Sequence record: SRR31156797_8021
DNA length: 54,523 nt
Reading direction: 5' to 3' (one strand)
Shown here: in pieces, positions 1-9,071 of the stretch
Layout of the letters: each line of letters opens with the position of its first letter
Numbering within the stretch: the first letter of the stretch is position 1
The notes under the pieces: model-generated
Database searches by the model: none
Told to the model about the DNA's origin: nothing
Seen by the model: only the letters and a program-made list of their open reading frames with translations
Program-made: the position numbers and the translations under genes

Positions 1-1
1 A

Positions 2-1918
2 ATTGGGATTGATGAAGATTTGGTAATTCCCAACAAAACAACAAGTATTTACGATGATGCCGTGGTTTGCTGGAAGGGTGAAAAAATGCAGGAATGGAAA
101 AACAAATTAATTTATGCGGCGGATAAATTTGATTTTCCTATTCATCGACCATACTTTGAGCTGAGTGAAGAACACAAACTTTTATTGTGGACAGGAAATA
201 AGCATTTTAAAGGCTTAAACGCTTTTTTCAAATATCTGGAATCGAAACAATACAAAATACAATACAGGGTAATGCTTTCCCGATATAGAGGAAAAACAAC
301 TTGCCCTGATTGTAGAGGAACCCGATTGAAAAAAGAGGCAGGATACGTTAAAATTCAAGATAAAAACATTCAGGATTTGGTCTTAATGCCTATTAGCGAA
401 TTAAACGACTTTTTTATCCATCTTGAATTAACAGAAACTGATGCTCAAATAGCAAAGCGTTTACTTACGGATATTAATAACAGATTGCAATTCCTATCAG
501 ATGTTGGTTTAGGTTACCTTACTTTAAACCGACTCTCAAGTAGTTTATCTGGTGGTGAATCGCAGCGAATCAATCTGGCAACTTCGCTCGGTAGTAGTTT
601 GGTTGGTTCCTTATATATTTTAGATGAGCCAAGTATCGGTCTTCACTCAAGAGATACCGATCTTTTAATAAAAGTACTTAAACAGCTTCGAGATCTGGGA
701 AATACCGTAATTGTTGTGGAACATGATGAAGATATTATACTTGCTGCCGATCATGTGATTGATATTGGTCCCCACGCTGGTAGATTAGGTGGTGAAGTTG
801 TTTTTGAAGGCAATTTAAATGAACTAAAAGAGTCCAATGAGAGTTTAACCTCGCAATACATTTCCCAGAAAAGAAGTATCCCTGTTCCTGAAAAACGAAA
901 AAAATGGAACAATTACATTGAAATTATTGGAGCTCGTGAAAATAACCTTAAAGGATTAAATATCAAATTCCCTTTAAACGTGATGAGCGTGATAACAGGT
1001 GTGAGTGGTTCCGGTAAATCCTCATTGGTAAAAACAATTCTTTACCCGGCACTAAAGAAACATTACGGCGGTTATTCCGATAAAAGTGGTCATTTCGATG
1101 CGCTAAAAGGAGATTTGCAACTGGTGAAAAATATTGAATTTGTCGATCAAAATCCAATTGGAAAATCTTCAAGATCGAATCCAGTAACCTATCTTAAGGC
1201 TTACGACGAAATCAGAAAACTATACGCTGACCAAAAAGCCGCTCAATACAGCGGTTTTAAAGCTTCGCACTTTTCTTTTAATATCGATGGAGGAAGATGT
1301 GATGAATGTCAGGGAGAAGGTATTATTAAGGTCGAGATGCAGTTTATGGCTGACATTTACCTGCAATGCGAAAGCTGCAAAGGCAAAAGATTTAAAGATG
1401 ATATACTAGACATTCGTTTTCAAGAAAAGAACATTCATGATGTTTTAGAAATGACTGTTAACGAAGCAACAGAATTTTTCAGTTTATCTAAAGGAAAAAC
1501 AGAAAAGAAGATTGTACAACGCCTTCAACCGCTTGTGGATGTAGGATTGGGATATGTAAAATTAGGTCAATCTTCGAGTACTCTAAGTGGTGGAGAAAGT
1601 CAACGTGTGAAACTTGCTTCGTTTTTAGCTAAAGAGAAAGCTGAGCCATGTTTGTTTATTTTCGATGAACCTACAACAGGATTGCATTTTCATGATATCC
1701 ATAAATTAATGGATGCTTTTAACGCATTAATTGCAAGAGGTCATACACTTATTATTATTGAACACAATATGGAAATAATAAAAAGTGCCGATTGGCTTAT
1801 CGACCTGGGTCCCGAAGGAGGAAATAAAGGAGGTGAAATTGTTTTTGAAGGTACACCAGAAGAAACAATACTTTGTAATGATTCGTTTACAGGTAAATAC
1901 TTAAAGGAAAAATTATAA
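2..1918 (+). CDS. uvrA: Excinuclease ABC subunit A (5'-truncated by window edge)
   Basis: Two ABC signatures LSGGESQR, Walker A GVSGSGKS, Walker B ILDEP/IFDEP and CxxC zinc fingers. Frame is open from base 2 (IGIDEDLVIP...). Confidence 0.97.
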   Translation: MGIDEDLVIPNKTTSIYDDAVVCWKGEKMQEWKNKLIYAADKFDFPIHRPYFELSEEHKLLLWTGNKHFKGLNAFFKYLESKQYKIQYRVMLSRYRGKTTCPDCRGTRLKKEAGYVKIQDKNIQDLVLMPISELNDFFIHLELTETDAQIAKRLLTDINNRLQFLSDVGLGYLTLNRLSSSLSGGESQRINLATSLGSSLVGSLYILDEPSIGLHSRDTDLLIKVLKQLRDLGNTVIVVEHDEDIILAADHVIDIGPHAGRLGGEVVFEGNLNELKESNESLTSQYISQKRSIPVPEKRKKWNNYIEIIGARENNLKGLNIKFPLNVMSVITGVSGSGKSSLVKTILYPALKKHYGGYSDKSGHFDALKGDLQLVKNIEFVDQNPIGKSSRSNPVTYLKAYDEIRKLYADQKAAQYSGFKASHFSFNIDGGRCDECQGEGIIKVEMQFMADIYLQCESCKGKRFKDDILDIRFQEKNIHDVLEMTVNEATEFFSLSKGKTEKKIVQRLQPLVDVGLGYVKLGQSSSTLSGGESQRVKLASFLAKEKAEPCLFIFDEPTTGLHFHDIHKLMDAFNALIARGHTLIIIEHNMEIIKSADWLIDLGPEGGNKGGEIVFEGTPEETILCNDSFTGKYLKEKL

Positions 1919-1922
1919 ATAG

Positions 1923-1950
1923 AAAAGGTTCTCATATTGGGAACCTTTTT
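1923..1950. terminator. Bidirectional intrinsic terminator
   Basis: AAAAGGTTCTCA-TAT-TGGGAACCTTTT between convergent stop codons. Confidence 0.8.
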
Positions 1951-2411
1951 TACATTTCTAATCCAAAAAGCATAGCCACACAGCCATTTATGCTTCTATC
2001 AAATTCTTTATCCTTCTCTTTTATAAACTTTAATGATATGATTAGTGTTGCCGATTTATCCAATTCAAAATCATAATATCCTACAAATCCCTCTTCCTTA
2101 TTATCGAAAATAACTTCCAAATCTGAATTCATTATTTTAAAATGCACCGGAGGTAGATGCTCTTCCGGACAAACAACCATTCTATATTTTTGTCCGCTAA
2201 AAAAAGCTTTATGCAACTCCACTTCCTCTCCTAGATTGAGAACTACACCGTTGTAATTTCCATCATGAATAAAGCTCTCTAGCTGTGGTTTACATTCAGT
2301 TTTTGCAAACCCTTTGCATTGCGAAAACCCGAAATTTACATTAAAAAATACGGTCAGAATAAAAAGTATAAATTTAAATCTCATAAATTGTACATTAGAA
2401 TAATTTGACAA
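1950..2411 (-). CDS. Hypothetical exported protein
   Basis: 153-aa ORF with signal-peptide-like segment (MRFKFILFILTVFF...SQC) and 4 Cys, 9 bp downstream of the lipoprotein gene. True start may be the second Met. Confidence 0.75.
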   Translation of the reverse strand: MSNYSNVQFMRFKFILFILTVFFNVNFGFSQCKGFAKTECKPQLESFIHDGNYNGVVLNLGEEVELHKAFFSGQKYRMVVCPEEHLPPVHFKIMNSDLEVIFDNKEEGFVGYYDFELDKSATLIISLKFIKEKDKEFDRSINGCVAMLFGLEM

Positions 2412-2420
2412 TGCAATTGA

Positions 2421-3272
2421 TCAATTAACCATATAGTTTCGTATATCTTTAATTTTTAAACATATTTGTTCAAAACCAATTAAATCGTAAAGCTCATAAA
2501 AATCTAAATTTTCATTATCTGACTTAATTGATTTCGTGAACAACCTTTCAAGTTCCATGATATCCTTATAAATTGGCTCAATAACAGCATCGGTCTGATT
2601 CTCACTCAATACATTTTTGATACTCTCAAGTGACAACTTTTGTTCTAAAACTCTCTTTATTAATATTTGATGCTTAACTTCATCCGTTTTAACACTTTGT
2701 GTTGCCAAATAAAGACTTTCTATCCATCCCGAAATCATCATTAAAGAAGCCAAAGTGTATCTATCCTGCTCTCTTAACTGTTCACTTGATTCCATGTAAA
2801 TTTCAGAAATGATATCTACAATTAATTCTTTATTGGTCAAGTTCTCTTCAAGTAGCTTAATTTTTGCCGGCTCTACAGTTCTTAATACACCTAAAGATTC
2901 TGCTAAATTTGTTGCAATATTTATATACTCCATCGAAATTTGATATTGCTCATTTAAACCTGCATAACTCAAGTCTGCGCAATATATTCCCAAAGCGATA
3001 GATCTGGATGCACTGGTAGAGTAACTTGGTAAGTTATCTGTACTGTTGAGTAAATCTTCTCTGAAATGTATTCCCGTTTTTTTAATCAATAAAGATGTCT
3101 CAATTGGACTTGGAAGCACAAAGAAAATTCTCTTCATTTTCTCTGTATTCTCTTTCATTAATTGCATCTCAATATTCTCCGAAGTTTGTTTATTATCATC
3201 ATTTTTTGATGAAATCCAATTGCATGCTCCTAAAAATCCCCCAATAAAAAATATCAATAAAATCTTTCTCAT
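2421..3272 (-). CDS. Hypothetical lipoprotein
   Basis: 283-aa ORF with N-terminal lipobox (FLGAC) and helical composition. Confidence 0.8.
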   Translation of the reverse strand: MRKILLIFFIGGFLGACNWISSKNDDNKQTSENIEMQLMKENTEKMKRIFFVLPSPIETSLLIKKTGIHFREDLLNSTDNLPSYSTSASRSIALGIYCADLSYAGLNEQYQISMEYINIATNLAESLGVLRTVEPAKIKLLEENLTNKELIVDIISEIYMESSEQLREQDRYTLASLMMISGWIESLYLATQSVKTDEVKHQILIKRVLEQKLSLESIKNVLSENQTDAVIEPIYKDIMELERLFTKSIKSDNENLDFYELYDLIGFEQICLKIKDIRNYMVN

Positions 3273-3448
3273 AGAAACGTAAATAGCTTAATAAATATCA
3301 ATGGAAATTAAATTACGATTTTTTATCAATAAAAACTCAATTATAAGCAGTTTTAAGTCAATAAATATTGCATTAAAATAATGATTCGTTTTAAATAAAC
3401 TTAAACCTGTTAAATTTCATTGAATGCGTTAGTAATAGTATATTTTAT

Positions 3449-3456
3449 TAATTTTG
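3449..3456 (+). promoter_or_regulatory. Bacteroidota sigma70 -7 box
   Basis: TAATTTTG matches TAnnTTTG, 23 nt upstream of ATG 3480. Confidence 0.55.
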
Positions 3457-3479
3457 CATTGATAATAAATGAGTGAATT

Positions 3480-4001
3480 ATGAGCGAGATAAACAAAAAA
3501 GAACTTCATAGCAAAATAATATCCGGACTTCAATCAAGCGATTCGAAAGTTGTAAGCGATTCAATCAATCAACTTCGCGAAGAAGGTCAGTTACAAGATA
3601 TTGTCATCTTATTTGATTTGCTGTTAAAGCAACCAAGCGAAGAAATTAAAGATACTATCTTAAAATTTCTGGCTGATGTTAAGGATAAAAAAGCCGATGA
3701 GATATTTGTTAAGGCAATAACAGAAGAAAAATATTCGAGTATTAGAAAAGAGATTACGGGTATTTGTTGGCAATCGAGTATTGATTTTACTCCTTACGTG
3801 TCTGTTTTTGTAGATATTTTAATCCAATCGGATTTTGAAACAGCTTTTGAGGCATTCACCGTAATTGAAAACTTCACCAGCAAAATTAATGAAGATGAAA
3901 AAATACTTCAACAAGATAAATTAAAAGATGCCATTCCAGTGGCAGCAGAAGAAGTGAAAGGTATGATTCATGAATGCATTCACATTCTGGATCAATTTTA
4001 A
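3480..4001 (+). CDS. Hypothetical HEAT/ARM-repeat-like protein
   Basis: 173-aa acidic ORF with amphipathic helical repeats, with its own promoter and terminator. Confidence 0.7.
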   Translation: MSEINKKELHSKIISGLQSSDSKVVSDSINQLREEGQLQDIVILFDLLLKQPSEEIKDTILKFLADVKDKKADEIFVKAITEEKYSSIRKEITGICWQSSIDFTPYVSVFVDILIQSDFETAFEAFTVIENFTSKINEDEKILQQDKLKDAIPVAAEEVKGMIHECIHILDQF

Positions 4002-4005
4002 AAAG

Positions 4006-4037
4006 AAAAGGCTGAATCAATTGATTCAGCCTTTTTT
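4006..4037. terminator. Bidirectional intrinsic terminator
   Basis: Perfect 30-bp palindrome AAAAGGCTGAATCAATTGATTCAGCCTTTT between convergent genes. Confidence 0.85.
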
Positions 4038-4041
4038 GTTT

Positions 4042-5046
4042 TTATATCATTACATCTTTTTCGTTATTCGAAAAATATTTCATGAATTGCGCTCTTTCAT
4101 ATAAAGCTGAATCAGGAATATTTCCATAACTCAACTTGCCTCTGAATTCATCAACTGATTTGAATTCCTTTTTATTCATCCAGGCAGTAATCTCCTCAAG
4201 TAGTTTTGTTACCTGATCGAATCCATGCTCATAAACGGTAGAACAAATCTGAACCGTTTTAGCTCCTGCTAATAATTGCTTAATTGCAGCTTCGCCACTA
4301 TGAATTCCCGTTGATGCAGAAATATCGATTCCTTTAATTTTATCAGATAACATACCAACCCAACGTAAAGATCTGCGAATATCACCAGCAGTACTTAATA
4401 CCTCTGCACTTGTGATTTTCATTTCATCAATATCGATATCTGGTTCGTAAAATCTATTAAACAATACCAAAGAATCGGCACCATCAGCATTCAAACGGTT
4501 TGCCAAAGAGAATAAGTTGGTAAAATAAATACCCAATTTCATTGATATCGGAATATTTACCTCTTTTTTAACCGCATTAAAAATATCGTAATATAACTGC
4601 TCATAATCAGTCGAACTCATATTTCTATCGTTAGGAACGATAAAAGCATTCAATTCAATTGCATCAGCACCAGCCTTTTCAATTTCCTTTGCAAATTGAG
4701 TCCAATCCGATGAAGAAACACAGTTAATACTAGCAATTACTGGAATCGAAACAGCTTCTTTAGCCTCTTTAATCAAAGCCAAATAATTTGAAACCGAATT
4801 GCCCTTAATGTAATTTTGAATGTAATCTTCTGCTTCAGGATAACCTACATTTGCAGGATCTTTTCCAATAAGGTGGCGAGCTTCGTTTGTAATTTGTTCT
4901 TCGAACAAAGATTTAAGAACAACTGCTCCTGCTCCCTTTTCTTCAATAATTTTGATTTTTCTTACCGAATTGGTAAGACCTGAACTACTGACAATTATAG
5001 GATTCTTCAATTGCAATCCCATATAAGTGGTTTCAAGATTTATCAT
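4042..5046 (-). CDS. Dihydroorotate dehydrogenase-like flavoprotein
   Basis: LKNPIIVSSS, GAVVLKSLFEEQI, ADAIELN and AGAKTVQIC motifs of the DHOD-like FMN TIM barrel family. Confidence 0.88.
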   Translation of the reverse strand: MINLETTYMGLQLKNPIIVSSSGLTNSVRKIKIIEEKGAGAVVLKSLFEEQITNEARHLIGKDPANVGYPEAEDYIQNYIKGNSVSNYLALIKEAKEAVSIPVIASINCVSSSDWTQFAKEIEKAGADAIELNAFIVPNDRNMSSTDYEQLYYDIFNAVKKEVNIPISMKLGIYFTNLFSLANRLNADGADSLVLFNRFYEPDIDIDEMKITSAEVLSTAGDIRRSLRWVGMLSDKIKGIDISASTGIHSGEAAIKQLLAGAKTVQICSTVYEHGFDQVTKLLEEITAWMNKKEFKSVDEFRGKLSYGNIPDSALYERAQFMKYFSNNEKDVMI

Positions 5047-5083
5047 AGTATTTTGATTTTATTGTATTTCAAACGTTGACGAA

Positions 5084-5091
5084 CAAATATA
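5084..5091 (-). promoter_or_regulatory. Bacteroidota -7 box
   Basis: TATATTTG on the minus strand upstream of the DHOD-like gene. Confidence 0.55.
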
Positions 5092-5133
5092 ATGATTTAA
5101 AATAGAAATTCGATCCGAACTAAAAAGTTTAGA

Positions 5134-5808
5134 TTATACAGTATAATTTCGAGCTCCAAAAATGGTACTTCCAACTCTCACCATAGTACTACCTTCTTCA
5201 ATAGCTAGTCTATAATCTCCTGACATACCCATCGAAATCTCCTTAAACTCATTAACATTCTGAAAATGTTTCGTCTTAAGTTGATCAAATATGAATTTAA
5301 GGTTTTGAAATTCCTTTTTTATTTGATCTTCATTATCCGTAAATGTAGCCATTCCCATAACTCCAGTTATTCGAATATTCTCGAATCCCTTAAAAGTTTC
5401 AGAATTTATTACTTCCTCTGCTTCGAGTAATGAAAATCCGAATTTTGTTTGTTCATCAGCAATATGAAACTGAAATAAACAATCAATAATTCGATCATTT
5501 TTTTCAGCTTGCTTATTTATTTCTTTCAAAAGCTTAATGCTATCAACTGCATGAATAAGACTCACAAAAGGGGCAATATATTTCACCTTATTGCTTTGCA
5601 AATGACCAATCATATGCCATTCAATATCCTTAGGAAGTTCATCATATTTCCTGGTAAGCTCCTGAGGTTTATTTTCTCCAAATATTCTGTATCCACCCTT
5701 ATATGCTTCCATGATATCTTCATTTGGTTTGGTTTTTGAAACCGCCACCAATTTTACATTTTGAGGAATCGAATTTACTATCTCTTTTATTTTTTGAGGT
5801 ATGCTCAT
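5134..5808 (-). CDS. yggS: PLP homeostasis protein, YggS family
   Basis: LVAVSKTK, FGEN, WHMIGHLQSNK, SMGMSGD and VRVGSTIFG motifs. Confidence 0.96.
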   Translation of the reverse strand: MSIPQKIKEIVNSIPQNVKLVAVSKTKPNEDIMEAYKGGYRIFGENKPQELTRKYDELPKDIEWHMIGHLQSNKVKYIAPFVSLIHAVDSIKLLKEINKQAEKNDRIIDCLFQFHIADEQTKFGFSLLEAEEVINSETFKGFENIRITGVMGMATFTDNEDQIKKEFQNLKFIFDQLKTKHFQNVNEFKEISMGMSGDYRLAIEEGSTMVRVGSTIFGARNYTV

Positions 5809-5880
5809 ACCAATACTAGTTTTTGAAATTTAAAACTCAAAATTACTATTTTCCTTTTGATCAAAAATTAAAAAAGAAAA

Positions 5881-6579
5881 TTAATTATCATCCGATAATA
5901 TAAATCCAACACCATGTACATTTTCAATTTTAACTTGAGGATCGGGCTTAAGGTGTTTGCGGAGTTTAGTAATGAACACATCTAAACTTCGTCCCATAAA
6001 ATAATCATTTTCGCCCCAAACTTTAACCAAAATATCCTCTCTTCGTAGTACATTATTTTTGCTTTGCAATAACAAATACAGCACTTCTCCCTCTTTTTGA
6101 GTGATACGTGATTCTTTACTATCAATAGTTAAAGTAAGATTGATGTGATTGTAATCGAATTTTCCCAACTTAAAATGCATTTCGGATGGCTCTGTCTGAA
6201 CTCCTGAACGTTTTAATACAGCATTAATCCTTCTCACCAATTCTTCCTCATCAAAAGGTTTGGTAATGTAATCATCACCTCCTAAATCAAACCCTTTTAG
6301 CTTGTCTTCCTTTAAGGATTTTGCTGTAAGGAAAATAATTGGAACATTTTCATTTAGTTTTCGAATCTTTCTTCCCAAAGAAAAACCATCGAGTTTAGGA
6401 AGCATAACATCCAAGAGACACAAATTAAACTCAGATTTTGCGAATTCATCAAACCCTTCTTCTCCATCTCTGGCAAGAGTTACAGTGAATCCTTCCATCT
6501 CTAAAAAATCATGTAATATTTGTCCAAGATTAGGGTCATCCTCGACTAGTAGTATATTTCTAAATAAATTTTTACTCAT
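5881..6579 (-). CDS. OmpR-family response regulator (RprY-like)
   Basis: Receiver domain (LLVEDD, LLDVMLP, FLTAK, YITKPF) plus winged-helix RSLDVFITKLRK. Confidence 0.95.
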   Translation of the reverse strand: MSKNLFRNILLVEDDPNLGQILHDFLEMEGFTVTLARDGEEGFDEFAKSEFNLCLLDVMLPKLDGFSLGRKIRKLNENVPIIFLTAKSLKEDKLKGFDLGGDDYITKPFDEEELVRRINAVLKRSGVQTEPSEMHFKLGKFDYNHINLTLTIDSKESRITQKEGEVLYLLLQSKNNVLRREDILVKVWGENDYFMGRSLDVFITKLRKHLKPDPQVKIENVHGVGFILSDDN

Positions 6580-6587
6580 ACTTAAAT

Positions 6588-7856
6588 TTACGCTTGAGGT
6601 AGAATTACTGTAAATGTACTTCCAAAATTTCGTTTACTCCAAACATTTATTGAACCTTTATGTGCATCAATTATCATCCGAGAATACGATAATCCTATTC
6701 CAAAGCCTTTTACATCGTGGCGATCACCAGTTGGAGCACGATAATATCTTTCAAATATTTGCTTCTGTTCTTCCTTAGTCATTCCAATTCCTTTATCGGA
6801 TACGAAAACTCGGAAATCTCCATTTATATTTTTAGTCTCTATTGTGATTTCAGGTTTTTCTGTAGAATATTTCATTGCATTATCCAATAAATTGAACATT
6901 ACGTTCTGAATTAACTCCTGATCTCCTTTAATTAAATCATTCTTGGCATTTTTGTTAAAAACCATAGTCCCTTCACGCTCCGAAATTCGAACCGAAAGCG
7001 CCTCTGAACACTCCTCCAAAATGGAATGCGCATGAAAAGAGTTCGAATTCATCTGCAATTCACCTCGCTCAATACAAGAAAGCTTAAGTAACTGATCTAT
7101 CTGTTTTTTTAATCTGTTATTCTCAGTAGAGATCATATTGGAATAATGAACAACCTGATTACGATCAGAATAAATTTTCTCACGCCCCAACATTTTTCCC
7201 GCCAAGGCAATGGTTGCCATAGGTGTTTTAAATTCGTGAGCAATATTATTAATTAAGTCTGTAGTACGCCCCAGTATTTTCTTATCCTTTATTAAGGAGA
7301 AAACTGTAATACTAAAAAAAGCAAACAAAATTAAAATCAATATCATTGATAAAATAAACATACTGCCCATGCTATCCATCAAACTTTGTTCACGCTTTTG
7401 AAAGTACACATTTAGAACAGCTTTATCATGACTCAAGGCTTTTCTTAAACTATAATAAAAACACTTACTCCTTGGTTGTTCATCAGCTGTAGTTAGAACC
7501 TCAATATTATATGGCGATTGAATCTGATAATTTTGAAATTGTTCTTTAATAATAGAATCTAACCGATCCACTTCAGACTCCAGCAAAGCACTATCATTGG
7601 CATCAAATTTTGATTTATTCATATAGGCTCGCATAGCTTCGCAACTTTGACGATCTTTCGTAAATTCGTCAACCGATTCATGCAATGCCATTCCTACTCT
7701 ATGATTAAACTGTTCTTCGTTTAAGCTTCTAGCTCTACTAATCCATCTTATTTGAATTAGAAGCAATAAAATGAGAACAATAACTGATACTCCAATGAAT
7801 ATCTGTATTCTATAAGTACTTATTTTGTCAATTATATTTCTAAATGAACCAATCAT
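6588..7856 (-). CDS. Sensor histidine kinase
   Basis: Two TM segments, H-box AHEFKTP, N-box NLLDNAMKY, G-boxes DKGIG and GFGIGL. Operonic with the response regulator. Confidence 0.95.
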   Translation of the reverse strand: MIGSFRNIIDKISTYRIQIFIGVSVIVLILLLLIQIRWISRARSLNEEQFNHRVGMALHESVDEFTKDRQSCEAMRAYMNKSKFDANDSALLESEVDRLDSIIKEQFQNYQIQSPYNIEVLTTADEQPRSKCFYYSLRKALSHDKAVLNVYFQKREQSLMDSMGSMFILSMILILILFAFFSITVFSLIKDKKILGRTTDLINNIAHEFKTPMATIALAGKMLGREKIYSDRNQVVHYSNMISTENNRLKKQIDQLLKLSCIERGELQMNSNSFHAHSILEECSEALSVRISEREGTMVFNKNAKNDLIKGDQELIQNVMFNLLDNAMKYSTEKPEITIETKNINGDFRVFVSDKGIGMTKEEQKQIFERYYRAPTGDRHDVKGFGIGLSYSRMIIDAHKGSINVWSKRNFGSTFTVILPQA

Positions 7857-7901
7857 GTATTATCGTCTGAATGTCTATGTTTTATGGTATTTTTAACAAT
7901 T

Positions 7902-7909
7902 CAAAGGTA
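7902..7909 (-). promoter_or_regulatory. Bacteroidota -7 box for the two-component operon
   Basis: TACCTTTG on the minus strand. Confidence 0.55.
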
Positions 7910-7936
7910 GCTTATTTTTTAAAAGTTAATTATGCT

Positions 7937-7956
7937 TTAACAATTCATTAACAAGA
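7937..7956 (+). promoter_or_regulatory. Direct-repeat operator (OmpR-type, 11-bp period)
   Basis: TTAACAA-TTCA-TTAACAA-GA. Extra half-sites at 7893-7903 and 7984-7994, and a near-identical copy at 20697-20716. Confidence 0.55.
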
Positions 7957-8037
7957 GATAAAAAGATCTTTTACGTTCTTTACTAAACAATTCAATAAAA
8001 AACTAAACGGATTAATTAACATTTAAAAATTACAACA

Positions 8038-8382
8038 ATGAAAAAATTATTATTTAGCCTTGTATTTGTTTTTGCGATTAGTGCAGTGAGTATTGCTATT
8101 CAACCTGTTACCATTACTACTGATAACGATATTGTTTTAACTCAGGATAACGACCAGGATCAAGAACAAAAGAAAGATAAAAAAGTAAAAAAAGAAACGA
8201 AAGCAGAAAAAAAAGCCTGCTGTAAAAAAGCAAAAAAAGATTGCTCGAAAAAGGAGTGTTCGAAAACTGCTAAAGCAAAAAAATGTGGTTCTGAGTGCAA
8301 AAAAGAAGCTTGTACTAAAGAAGCAAGTGCAAAGAAAAAATGTGACGTAAACTGTCAGAAAGAATGTTGCAAGAAATCATAA
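8038..8382 (+). CDS. Small secreted Cys/Lys-rich protein (metallothionein-like composition)
   Basis: Sec signal peptide MKKLLFSLVFVFAISAVSIA and 11 Cys in a Lys-rich C-terminal half, followed by a terminator. Confidence 0.8.
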   Translation: MKKLLFSLVFVFAISAVSIAIQPVTITTDNDIVLTQDNDQDQEQKKDKKVKKETKAEKKACCKKAKKDCSKKECSKTAKAKKCGSECKKEACTKEASAKKKCDVNCQKECCKKS

Positions 8383-8401
8383 GGATAACAAAATAACTTG
8401 C

Positions 8402-8435
8402 AAAACCCTTCGAATTTATATCGAAGGGTTTTTTT
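8402..8435 (+). terminator. Intrinsic terminator
   Basis: AAAACCCTTCGA-N7-TCGAAGGGTTTTTTT. Confidence 0.85.
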
Positions 8436-8495
8436 GTACACTTTTGGTACAATTTATGTGCACTCCTTATCGTTTAACAAGTAAATAATACACCA

Positions 8496-9071
8496 ATGAA
8501 AAAATCATTTCTATTCATATTCAGCCTGTTATTTTGTTACGCGATATTTGCACAAACTGTAGAGCGATACATGAAGTATCACGACAAAGGGAGAATGCTA
8601 ATTCTTGAAGGAAAATATGAACAAGCAATACCTCACTTAGATACTGCAATTTATATCATGCCATACTATCCTACAATTTTTCAGGATAGAGGTTACGCCA
8701 AAATGCAATTAAAAAAATACAACGATGCGATTCTGGATTTTAATCATGTATTAAATAAAAAACCATACTTAACTGAAGTACGTTTGCAACGAGGTATGGC
8801 ATATTATCACGTCAATCAACTGGATGCAGCAGAATACGACTTAGTAGAAGTTATGAACTCCAATCCATCTAAGAGCAGGGAAGCCATAATCTATCTCAAT
8901 AATATTCAAAGAGAGAGAGAGATTGTATTTGCAAGGAACCAGGAAAAACTGATGGAATTAAGATATCGTGTTGAAAATGAGAGAATGATGCGAGCACGTC
9001 ATAGAGAAGAGGTTATTTGGAATACAGTAGTTCCTTTAGCATTCTGGACCACTGTGTTTTTAACCTGGTGA
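8496..9071 (+). CDS. Exported tetratricopeptide-repeat protein
   Basis: Signal peptide, three TPR-like units (RGYAKMQLKKYNDAILDF, RGMAYYHVNQLDAA) and a hydrophobic C-terminal tail. Confidence 0.85.
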   Translation: MKKSFLFIFSLLFCYAIFAQTVERYMKYHDKGRMLILEGKYEQAIPHLDTAIYIMPYYPTIFQDRGYAKMQLKKYNDAILDFNHVLNKKPYLTEVRLQRGMAYYHVNQLDAAEYDLVEVMNSNPSKSREAIIYLNNIQREREIVFARNQEKLMELRYRVENERMMRARHREEVIWNTVVPLAFWTTVFLTW

